Below, one piece after another: positions 37,562 through 46,351 of a stretch of DNA of 55,743 bases (positions are counted from its first letter, which is position 1; each line of letters begins with the position of its first letter). The notes beneath the pieces were generated by a model. That model was not told the origin of the DNA and searched no databases. It saw only the letters and a list, made by a program, of their open reading frames with translations. This stretch comes from a virus. Its lineage: Duplodnaviria; Caudoviricetes. A program made the position numbers and the translations under genes. The DNA is taken from the IMG/VR virus record IMGVR_UViG_3300046167_000092, positions 1 through 55,743 of that record; one strand, given 5' to 3'.

Positions 37562-39301
37562 ATGAAGTGGTCAATAGGTTTATTATCTTTACTTACAATT
37601 CCTTTACTTTATAACGCCCTTCCATTAGAAGTCTTGAGATTAAAAACTTTTGATGCTGTTGTAACTACACCAGAGCCTACCAGATATTTTACAATCCTCA
37701 ACATAGACGAACAATTCCTAGATGAACAGGGTGGATATCCTTTGCCTAGAGAAACACTTGCAAAGATTCACAATGATATAATAAACGCTGGTGCTTTAGG
37801 TGTTGGTTGGGTTATGTTATTCCCACATGCAGATAGACTAGGTGGAGATGATGAGTTTTCTAAAGCTTTACAAAGCTCTCCAAGTGTCATAGCCATGCCT
37901 GAAGTAAACAATGGTAACTATCCAAAGACAGTTGGTACAGTTATCAAAGGTCCAATAGTATCTTTACCAAAAGCTCAAGGCTTTTTAGAGAACATAGAGC
38001 CTTTAAAACAATCAGCTAATCAAGGTGCTATCTCTGCACCAGTAGACGTAGATAATTTAGTAAGGAGAATACCTCTACTACAGCAAACTAATAATGGGTG
38101 GGTCGCTTCGTTTGGAACGGAAGTTTTAAAAATACTAGGAGGTGGTCGAACTTATCAGATTGTCACAAATCTGAATGGAATAGAACAGGTTAGAGTGAGA
38201 GGCATTCCACCCATTGCCACAGATAGTCTTGGTCGTAAATGGATTAGTTGGGTTGATACACCACAGACTACACTAGAAGAATTAGATGTAGCTAATAAGT
38301 TTGTGTTCGTAGGATTCACAGCTAAAGGAATATCTCCACAACTCGCAACACCCGTAGGTTTACTAGAGCCACATAAAATACAAGCAGCTTTATCAGAAAG
38401 TATGTTAATGGATACTCCTTACATACCTGACTATAGATTGTTTGTTGAGCTATTACTATTATGCCTCTCAGGCTTACTGACAGCTCTTCTAATAGCACGT
38501 TTAGGTATTACATGGGGAATCGTATCAGTTATAATTTTAATGTCTTCTGTGGCTTATGTTGGATACAATGTCATACAAAAGAACATACTCATAGATGTTA
38601 CATGGTCTTTAATAAGTATGACACTTATTGCTACCCTACAATTCTATTTAAACTTTAGAACACAATTCAAGCTAAGACAACTTATCAAGAAACAATTTGA
38701 GCATTACCTTGACCCAAGGCAAGTAAAACAACTACAAGATAATCCTGAACTCCTGAAGTTAGGAGGAGAACGAAGACGTTGTACGTTTTTATTTACAGAT
38801 GTGCGTGGGTTTACAAGCTTGTCAGAGACTCTTGAACCCGAACAAGTTACAGAAATAATGAATAAGGCTCTAACTATACAAGCTAATGCAGTTAAAGAGT
38901 ATGGTGGTATGGTAGATAAGTATATAGGAGATGCAATGATGGCTATCTTTAATGCACCTATAGATTTAGAACAACACGAAACCAAAGCAATTCAAACAGC
39001 CTTGAAAATAAAACAAGATATGGCTGAAGCCGATTTAGGAATAGACATAGGTATAGGGATAAACACAGGAGAAGCTGTAATAGGTAATATGGGAAGTGAT
39101 TCACGATTTGATTACTCTGCAATTGGGGATGCTGTTAATCTTGCAGCTAGATTAGAAAGCTCTACTAAAGAATTAGGAGAGGATATAGTAATAGGATATA
39201 ACACTGCAATTGAGAGTGCTATATCCTTAAAACTTTTAAAGTCTATACATGTAAAGGGTAAAGAGAACAAGGTTCAAACATTTACTATTTCTCAGTCATA
39301 A
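37562..39301 (+). CDS. CHASE2-domain membrane class III adenylate cyclase
   Basis: ILNIDE..L...GGYPLPR and DVDNLVRRIPL (CHASE2), three TMs, FTDVRGFT, DKYIGDA, DYSAIGDAVNLAARLE. Confidence 0.93.
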   Translation: MKWSIGLLSLLTIPLLYNALPLEVLRLKTFDAVVTTPEPTRYFTILNIDEQFLDEQGGYPLPRETLAKIHNDIINAGALGVGWVMLFPHADRLGGDDEFSKALQSSPSVIAMPEVNNGNYPKTVGTVIKGPIVSLPKAQGFLENIEPLKQSANQGAISAPVDVDNLVRRIPLLQQTNNGWVASFGTEVLKILGGGRTYQIVTNLNGIEQVRVRGIPPIATDSLGRKWISWVDTPQTTLEELDVANKFVFVGFTAKGISPQLATPVGLLEPHKIQAALSESMLMDTPYIPDYRLFVELLLLCLSGLLTALLIARLGITWGIVSVIILMSSVAYVGYNVIQKNILIDVTWSLISMTLIATLQFYLNFRTQFKLRQLIKKQFEHYLDPRQVKQLQDNPELLKLGGERRRCTFLFTDVRGFTSLSETLEPEQVTEIMNKALTIQANAVKEYGGMVDKYIGDAMMAIFNAPIDLEQHETKAIQTALKIKQDMAEADLGIDIGIGINTGEAVIGNMGSDSRFDYSAIGDAVNLAARLESSTKELGEDIVIGYNTAIESAISLKLLKSIHVKGKENKVQTFTISQS

Positions 39302-39518
39302 CTCTTGCACTTAAATAGTTTTCCAAGTATGCGTGTACTCCGTCTAGTTTAAGAGTAGCTTCTCTTAAAACTGTATCTAAAGTATGAAACTCTTCTTTAG
39401 TTAAGTAATTTTTAAGACTTGAAATATCAGTTGATGTTCTTTCTGATACTAATTTACCTGACCTATCGTAAAGTAATTTGTAACCTAAGACCAATGCTTC
39501 TTTTCTTTTAGTCCTCAT
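39285..39518 (-). CDS. Hypothetical protein
   Basis: 77 aa, coupled to the nrdB stop codon. Confidence 0.7.
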   Translation of the reverse strand: MRTKRKEALVLGYKLLYDRSGKLVSERTSTDISSLKNYLTKEEFHTLDTVLREATLKLDGVHAYLENYLSARVMTEK

Positions 39519-40489
39519 TTCTCTATTCCCGTAAAAGTAATAGAGTCTTGCTTACCACGTAGACCTGCTTTCATATATGTTGTAGCTCTACCTTCAAAGA
39601 AGTTCTGATGCTCAACACCCATGACTTCATCAATCCAACCCAACGGGTTTTCTTTTTGGTCATAGTTAGTCTTTAGTCCTAGCTGAAGTAATCTTCTGTC
39701 AGCTATGTATCTATTGTAAGCATACATATCTTTCTTGGTTAGTCCTTGAAGGTCTCCCATTTCAAACACTAAGTCTAAAAACTTGTCTTCTAATTCTACC
39801 ATGTCTCTACAGATTTGATAAAGCTCTGCTTTGAAATCATCTGTCCATATCTCTATGTTCTCTTGGATAAATTCTCTGAACAGTTTAGTCATGGCTTCAA
39901 CGTGCATTGACTCATCACGAATAGAGTAGGTAACTATCTGTCCCATACCTTTCATCTTACCGAACCTTGGGAAGTTTAAGAGGATTGCAAAACTAGAGAA
40001 CAATTGCAACCCTTCTGTGAAGGCTGAATAAACAGCTAGTGTTTTAGCTATAGTTCTTTTATCAGATTTTAAAGGCTTAAACTCCCCAACGTAATCGTGT
40101 TTGTCAGACATTTCTTCGTACTCAGCAAAAGCTTTGTACTCTATTTCAGGCATACCTACAGTGTCTAACAATAAACTGTAAGCATCTTGGTGTATTGATT
40201 CCATGTTTGCAAAGGATGACATCATCATTCTTGCTTCAGGTTTCTTAAAGATAGGCATATACTTGTCAACATATCCTGCACCTACATCTACATCAGACTG
40301 TGTGAACAATCTAAATATTTGTGTAAGTAAATGTTTTTCTTCAGGAGTAACATCCTGCCAATCTTTTACATCAGTATGCAACGGAACTGATTCAGGCATC
40401 CAATGCATTTGATTTTGAAGTTTGTAATACTCATACATCCATGGGTATTCAAACGGTTTATAATAATCTCTAGTTGTTAATAGACTCAT
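39515..40489 (-). CDS. nrdB: Ribonucleotide reductase class I beta subunit
   Basis: ESIHQDAY, EGLQLFSSF, RDESMH and NFFE motifs. Confidence 0.97.
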   Translation of the reverse strand: MSLLTTRDYYKPFEYPWMYEYYKLQNQMHWMPESVPLHTDVKDWQDVTPEEKHLLTQIFRLFTQSDVDVGAGYVDKYMPIFKKPEARMMMSSFANMESIHQDAYSLLLDTVGMPEIEYKAFAEYEEMSDKHDYVGEFKPLKSDKRTIAKTLAVYSAFTEGLQLFSSFAILLNFPRFGKMKGMGQIVTYSIRDESMHVEAMTKLFREFIQENIEIWTDDFKAELYQICRDMVELEDKFLDLVFEMGDLQGLTKKDMYAYNRYIADRRLLQLGLKTNYDQKENPLGWIDEVMGVEHQNFFEGRATTYMKAGLRGKQDSITFTGIEK

Positions 40490-40498
40490 AATTTTTCC

Positions 40499-42394
40499 TT
40501 ACCCTTCACAGGCGATACATTCCACATCGTCTAATCTTATACGTGGAACTTTAGTGTTTACATTTTCTACATTACGTGCTGCATTAGTTCTAAAGTAATA
40601 CAACGATTTTAGTTTATTCATACCATACCAATGTACATCATTCACATACTGCATGTATTCATCATGCACTTCTTGTGGCTCTGTACTCTTGGGTAAAGTA
40701 AAGAATAGGTTGACAGACTGTGCTTGACACACAAACTCCTGTCGTTTGGCAGCATGTTCAACAATCCATATTTGGTTTATCTCATTTGCTGTTTTAAATA
40801 TTTCTTTCTCTTCATCAGAAAGTATATCTAAGTGTTGGACAGAACCCTCATTGGCTGAGATATCTTTCCAAACTTCATCTAACTCTTTACCTTTTAACCC
40901 TTTAGTCTTGAGAACCTTTTCAAGGTATTTATTCTTAACTTGGTAAGAGCCGGATAAGGTCTTGTGAGTATAGCAATTAGCCCTATAAGGCTCGATACTA
41001 GGGGAAGTGCCACTACATATAATACCACTACTAGCGTTAGGAGCAATAGCCATGAGGTTAGCGTTACGCTTACCTGACCCATGTATGTCAGGAGCTTCTC
41101 CCCTTTGTATAGCCAGTTCTTTAGTGGCTTCATTTGCTCTAGTGTTAATATAAAGAAATGCTTTATAGTTGAAGCCAGTCGCAAAAATTCCTTCAAAAGG
41201 AATGTTCCTCCCCTGTAGATAAGCATGAAAGCCCATTGCACCGAGGCCGAGACTTCTCTCTCGGTATGCCGAATACGCAGACTTAGTAAATCCTTCCTTA
41301 CCTTCTCTAACGTACTTCTGAAATCTTTTAAAGTTTGCACTGTATTCTCCTAACTGTGTTGTGTCTATTGCATTGTCAATGTAGTGCTGTAAAACATTGT
41401 CAAGCATGGTTATTAAATCTTGTATAAAGTTATCATCCTTTGACCAAGCATCAAAGTGTTCTAAGTTTACGGATGATAAACAACATACTGCTGTTCGTTC
41501 TTCGTCTGTTGGTAAAGTAATCTCTGAACACAGGTTACTTTGTCTAATCTTAAGACCTAAATCTTTCTGTGCTTTAGGTAGATATTTATTACAGGTATCT
41601 ATGTTGACCATGTAAGGCTCACCTGTCTCTGCCCTAGCATGAATAATTTGCCACCATAAATCTCTAGCGTTTATTATCTTAACAGCTTCGTTACTCTTAG
41701 GGTCAATCAATCTCCAGTCTTCATCCTTTTCTACTGCTTCAAGGAATGAGTCAGTAATGTTGACACCATTATGTATATTGAGATTCTTTCTGTTGATGTC
41801 TCCACCTGATTCTTTTCTCATGTTTATAAACTCTTCAATCTCAGGATGGCTTATATCCATGTAAGCTGCATAGCTTCCACGTCTTGTTGTGCCTTGGTTA
41901 AAGGCTAACATCTGTGAATCAACTACATGCATGAAAGGAATTGAACCAGTAGAACGACTGCCATGAGTAGTAGAAATACCGTTACTCCTAATATCGCCCC
42001 AATATCCACCAATGCCTCCACCTGAACTTGCCAACCATATGTTCTCGTCATAGTGAGCAGATAAACCACCCCTACTGTCAGGAACATAATTAAGGAAACA
42101 ACTGATAGGAAGCCCACGACTTGTTCCCCCGTTACTAAGTATAGGAGTGCTAAACATGAACCACCTAGAGGAACTGTAGTTGTAAAGTCTTTGAGCCAAC
42201 TCAAAATCTGTCTCACCTTTGAAGGTTGCTCCGAAGACGGAGGCTCTTGCGAATGCTTCTTGTGCATGTGTTTCATTCTCCCAAAGATATCTATCTTTCA
42301 ATGTATCAAGACTAAACTTATCAAATGTTTTTTCTCTGTCGTAGTCTATTTCAATTCCTAAGTAAGGCTTAGTTCCTATTTTGTCTTCAATCAT
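40499..42394 (-). CDS. nrdA: Ribonucleotide reductase class I alpha subunit (no ATP cone)
   Basis: PISCF, SNLCSEI, AIAPNASS, KSLYY and C-terminal CIAC. Confidence 0.97.
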   Translation of the reverse strand: MIEDKIGTKPYLGIEIDYDREKTFDKFSLDTLKDRYLWENETHAQEAFARASVFGATFKGETDFELAQRLYNYSSSRWFMFSTPILSNGGTSRGLPISCFLNYVPDSRGGLSAHYDENIWLASSGGGIGGYWGDIRSNGISTTHGSRSTGSIPFMHVVDSQMLAFNQGTTRRGSYAAYMDISHPEIEEFINMRKESGGDINRKNLNIHNGVNITDSFLEAVEKDEDWRLIDPKSNEAVKIINARDLWWQIIHARAETGEPYMVNIDTCNKYLPKAQKDLGLKIRQSNLCSEITLPTDEERTAVCCLSSVNLEHFDAWSKDDNFIQDLITMLDNVLQHYIDNAIDTTQLGEYSANFKRFQKYVREGKEGFTKSAYSAYRERSLGLGAMGFHAYLQGRNIPFEGIFATGFNYKAFLYINTRANEATKELAIQRGEAPDIHGSGKRNANLMAIAPNASSGIICSGTSPSIEPYRANCYTHKTLSGSYQVKNKYLEKVLKTKGLKGKELDEVWKDISANEGSVQHLDILSDEEKEIFKTANEINQIWIVEHAAKRQEFVCQAQSVNLFFTLPKSTEPQEVHDEYMQYVNDVHWYGMNKLKSLYYFRTNAARNVENVNTKVPRIRLDDVECIACEG

Positions 42395-42653
42395 TTTCTT
42401 TGTCCTGTAAATGTATAGCTATTATAGCATAGTGTACTATCTTTAGCAAGTCCATTTTATTCTTACCACCCTTCTGTCCATATCGCATAGCATACTTCAT
42501 GATGTTGCCCATGGCAAAACCTTCTCCATGTCCTGCATCTATTATCATATCAGTTGCTTGATACTTTCCATTAGCATAATGTTGGTCATACGTGTTACCT
42601 ATATATGCTTTTATTTCATTTAATATTTTATCTTCTTTAAATTTATAGTTCAT
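42387..42653 (-). CDS. DUF3310-like protein
   Basis: HY...GFAMGNIMKYAMRYGQK...DLLKIVHY; start at MNYKF. Confidence 0.75.
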   Translation of the reverse strand: MNYKFKEDKILNEIKAYIGNTYDQHYANGKYQATDMIIDAGHGEGFAMGNIMKYAMRYGQKGGKNKMDLLKIVHYAIIAIHLQDKEND

Positions 42654-43083
42654 CTTTTCTCCAGTTGTTAGGTAAAGTATCTTCACTATACCATATAAAT
42701 TTATTTTTTTCAGCCCATTCTGCATGTGTTCTTTTAGTACCATCCTTTCTTTTCTTAGCCTGTGGCATAGGAGCATAAGGACTCAAGAATAAAAACACTA
42801 ACTCTTGATTTGGTTTAAGTGCTTTACGCACCCACACATACTTATTATATTCTTGATAGTCCCAAAATCTACCCTTTGCTTCCAAAAGATATTCTTTGTT
42901 TCCTATCTTCTTTACAAAGTCAGGCTCATAATTATGCTCAACAATGTAAGGAACTTTATTCGTGTGGTGTTCCCACTCTTGTAAGATAGTACTGTGTAAG
43001 GTATGTTCCCACTTGGAATCATAACCCTTGGGTATATCTTTTTCTTTTGGTCTAACCTTTCGAGGTTTTCTAAAGCCGACCAC
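42643..43083 (-). CDS. Endonuclease I (T7 gp3-like resolvase)
   Basis: YDSKWE, YEPDF, EAKGRF, WAEKNKF. Confidence 0.85.
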   Translation of the reverse strand: MVGFRKPRKVRPKEKDIPKGYDSKWEHTLHSTILQEWEHHTNKVPYIVEHNYEPDFVKKIGNKEYLLEAKGRFWDYQEYNKYVWVRKALKPNQELVFLFLSPYAPMPQAKKRKDGTKRTHAEWAEKNKFIWYSEDTLPNNWRKDEL

Positions 43084-43343
43084 TAGATAACATCCGAATA
43101 AGTAATGTCATCTATGTGTTTAGTTCTTAAAACTTTTTTGATTCTCTGAGAAAACCACCTCGGTGTGTATGCAGAAACCATTAGTTTATTGTTAGCGTAG
43201 AAATGTTTTTCTTCAGGTAAATACTTTTCATAATTATCTACGCTTACTTTCTTTTGTTCTTCTTCAGTAAGCATACTCTTCAACCACTCTACTACAAACT
43301 GTTTAGATAGCTTACGTACTTGTTTAGTTTTTATTTCTCTCAT
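43083..43343 (-). CDS. Hypothetical protein
   Basis: 86 aa, translationally coupled on both sides. Confidence 0.7.
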   Translation of the reverse strand: MREIKTKQVRKLSKQFVVEWLKSMLTEEEQKKVSVDNYEKYLPEEKHFYANNKLMVSAYTPRWFSQRIKKVLRTKHIDDITYSDVI

Positions 43344-44209
43344 AGTTTTATTTCCTCAACCTTTGGTTCTTTAACAACCGTTGTAAAATATACAGGGCCT
43401 TTAGCGTAATTAAAAGCTCTAAGTCCTTTACCTTCATTAGAATCTTTATGGCATTCTACTTTATGAGGACACCACCCACAGTTCTTAGCTAACTTCATGT
43501 TACCTGAAAGACCTTCAGCTACAGGAGTATAACAAAACTCAGGTGGCGTGTCTTTAACTATAAGTTCTTTTACATTATCTATCTTAGAAACTATATTAGG
43601 TTTCTCCATATCATCAGGTATGTAAGTACACAGTTCTCCTGTTTCTTTATTCATAACTAAGAAGCCACCTTTACTTGTACCTTCTGCTTCTTCATACCCT
43701 GCAAGTTGTGATAGATATCCGAATGCATCGTCTTCACTAAGAGTGCCTTCTTTAAACTTCTTAAAGGCATACCCTGATGCAGTCTTTACATCTACCACTT
43801 CTCCGTCTATCTTACAGTCCATGTGACCCTTGATTCCGTTCACAGTAATTTCTTTCTGCATATCTGTAAGCTTATGTCCGGAAAGTTTAACAAAGAATAA
43901 AACTAAAACCTCAAGTAAATGTCCGTACAAGAATTTAATCTGTACGTTAGGCTGTAACTTTTCTGTTGTATCCGATTGAGTATGAGCATCATACCACAAA
44001 CGTCTTTCAGGTTTGCCTATGTTAGACATCCTAAGTGTTTCCTTGGATGTTCTATCTTGAGGGGTAGCCCAATGTCTAAGAGCATCTGCCATTTCTTTAC
44101 CGAACTCTTCATAAGTTTCTTCTGAAATGTTTAGCTCATTGCCTTCTGTCAGAGAATCTAACAGGGCATAGATATCAGGTACTAAATTACTTAGTTTTTT
44201 CTTTGGCAT
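43340..44209 (-). CDS. PD-(D/E)XK exonuclease
   Basis: LRMSNIG, GHMDCKIDGEVVDVKTAS, QLAGY, C-terminal C..C....C. Confidence 0.85.
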   Translation of the reverse strand: MPKKKLSNLVPDIYALLDSLTEGNELNISEETYEEFGKEMADALRHWATPQDRTSKETLRMSNIGKPERRLWYDAHTQSDTTEKLQPNVQIKFLYGHLLEVLVLFFVKLSGHKLTDMQKEITVNGIKGHMDCKIDGEVVDVKTASGYAFKKFKEGTLSEDDAFGYLSQLAGYEEAEGTSKGGFLVMNKETGELCTYIPDDMEKPNIVSKIDNVKELIVKDTPPEFCYTPVAEGLSGNMKLAKNCGWCPHKVECHKDSNEGKGLRAFNYAKGPVYFTTVVKEPKVEEIKL

Positions 44210-44615
44210 TTTCTGCTTCCTTGAATGCTTTAATTACATCCGATGAGAATAGTTTTTGTAGATTAACAAGAAACATTCTACTTGCTTTATGGTCTCCACC
44301 ACATACAGTTTTAAACGTATCCAGTTTATCTACTATTGTTTTAAGTACATCTGTTTTAAATACCAATGTGCAGAACTCGTTGTCACCTACACATAAATTA
44401 TGAAACCAATAATCAGATTCAGTAGCTCTTATTCCTGAAGGCTTACCCCATGATTCATATTCTATACAAATGTTTCCAGACTTTTGCCATAAATCTTTTT
44501 CAGATTTAACTTCTATTTTTTTATTGGTCATCATGTCTGCTATTTTTTCTTCTCTTATTGTACCATAAGCTAAGTCAATGTCAAATTTCTTTCTGTTTTC
44601 TTTAGTGGGTTTCAT
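44187..44615 (-). CDS. Small PD-(D/E)XK-like nuclease-fold protein
   Basis: KIEVKSE...SGNICIEY...GKPSGI..TESDYW. Confidence 0.65.
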   Translation of the reverse strand: MKPTKENRKKFDIDLAYGTIREEKIADMMTNKKIEVKSEKDLWQKSGNICIEYESWGKPSGIRATESDYWFHNLCVGDNEFCTLVFKTDVLKTIVDKLDTFKTVCGGDHKASRMFLVNLQKLFSSDVIKAFKEAENAKEKTK

Positions 44616-46339
44616 ACCAGCTGTCTCCTATTTTATATTCGCCTGTTAAAGGACAACGCATATTGTAATGTTGTCCCGCTTTTTCTATTGCTTCTACACC
44701 TAACCTACCTACAAAGTCTGCTTGTTTTTCAAGCACTTGTATCTGCCACTCATCATGAATGTTAGCTACAAACTTTGCATCTAAGCCGTTAAGTCTTATA
44801 TTATCTTCAAGGATAACCAATGCTTTCTTCATTGCTATTGCACCACCACCCTGTAATAAAGTGTTTAATGCTGCATGTTTATGTCGTAGTAGAATCTTAC
44901 GACCATCTAAGCCCTTTGAGGTAGCTCTTCTCCGAAGCTCTGTCAACTCGTTCCTTAAGAGTTCTAAGTGTTGGTAGACCAGTAAGAAAGCGTTCTCGCA
45001 ATCGCTTACCGTCTGCTCTATTTCCTTTAATGATGCTTCCAATTTTTTCATCTCCTGCCCCGTAAATGAGTGCATAGATGAAAGTTTTTGCCTCATCTCT
45101 TGATTTAAGTCCAGCAAACTGTTGGTTAGCTGTGTGAATGTCTCCGTTGATAATTTCATTTATGTAATCCTCGTCAGCCATATAGTGTGCTAACAGTCTA
45201 AGTTCTAATCCACTTGCATCTATACCTACAAGTTTGTAACCTTTTGGTACAACCCAACAAGACCTACACTCTTTTCCATAAGGACTGTAAACAGCAGGTA
45301 CTTGTGCCATGTTAGGACTTCTGTGTGCCATTCGACCTGTGATAGCACCAGTACAAATGACTGACCCATGCACTCTACCATCGTCTTCATGCACTGCATC
45401 TATCCAAGAATGTACTTGGGCTAATCGTTTCTGATACAGTAAGAAGTCTGCTATAAGTTGTGCTTCTTTTATATGAGTAATCTTTTTAAGAGTATTCTCA
45501 TCGACAATAGCTTGACCTGTAGGTGTAAATTTATTAGGCTTCCAACCAAGTTCTTGTAGTCTTTGTCCTATTTGTTTCCTAGAACCTAGGTTAAATTCTT
45601 GAAGTGTCTTTCTCATGAAAGGTTTTTGTTCAAGCGTACCATCTATTATATCAGAGTACTCCTGTTCTGTCAATCCCTGTTTAGAAAGTTTACCATCTTT
45701 TTTTAGTTTAGGTTTTACTATTTTGTCATCAATCCATATTGGCTTGAATGTTTCGTGTACTTTATCTTCTGTTTCTTTTAGCTTACAACTTAACTCTGAA
45801 GCTAAAAACATTGCTTGTTCATCATTAAAAAGAAACCCATTTTGTTTTTGTTCTTCAAGAATATGTGTAACTTTATGTTCTAACTCTATACATTCTTTTG
45901 AAAAACCTAAAGATTCTTTTTTCAAATAATTAAATAATTTATAATTTATATCTACATCTCTTTCACAATAAGATAACATCTCTTCTGTAAAGGCAGACCA
46001 CTCAGGAGAATCTTTCTTAGGTAATCCTAGTTTGTAACCCCACTTAGCTATGCTGTGTCCACCTTCTCTTGTAGGGTTTAGTAGCCTAGATAATACAAGG
46101 GTGTCTATAACTTTATCTGAATTGTATAAGTCTACACCAGTAAGCTTTTTAATTACAGGTATATCATAACCTAAGATGTTATGTCCTATAAGCCTGTCTG
46201 CTTTTTGTAAGAACTTTATGCCCTCGTCAAGGGTGTCTTCGTAGAAGTGATAGAACTTACCGTGTTCATCTTGTGCTACGAGACACCATATAACTGAAGG
46301 ATTTAGTCCGTCTGTTTCTATGTCAAATACTAATTGCAT
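44602..46339 (-). CDS. polA: Family A DNA polymerase (T7-like, Tyr at the 762-equivalent), one +1 frameshift at ~44912
   Basis: FDIET exonuclease motif, DASGLELR motif A, AKTFIYALIYG motif B; the second ORF has NTLLQGGGA and IHDE; removing one G restores KGLDGR. Confidence 0.95.
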
Positions 46340-46351
46340 ATTTGTCTCCTA

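Noticed and set aside
39515-42394. Introns or inteins in the nrd genes
   Set aside because: Both ORFs are continuous and of normal compact length.
43340-44209. Cas4 / CRISPR adaptation gene
   Set aside because: It is an ordinary phage PD-(D/E)XK exonuclease in the replication operon, with no array or other cas genes.
44897-44930. Programmed frameshift or split DNA polymerase
   Set aside because: One extra G in a GGG run explains it (restores KGLDGR). Similar +1 errors occur at ~450, ~875, ~17247 and ~17268, pointing to long-read indels.
45900-46339. HMO-2011-type PolA with a DnaJ zinc-finger insertion
   Set aside because: No CxxCxGxG repeats in the exonuclease domain.
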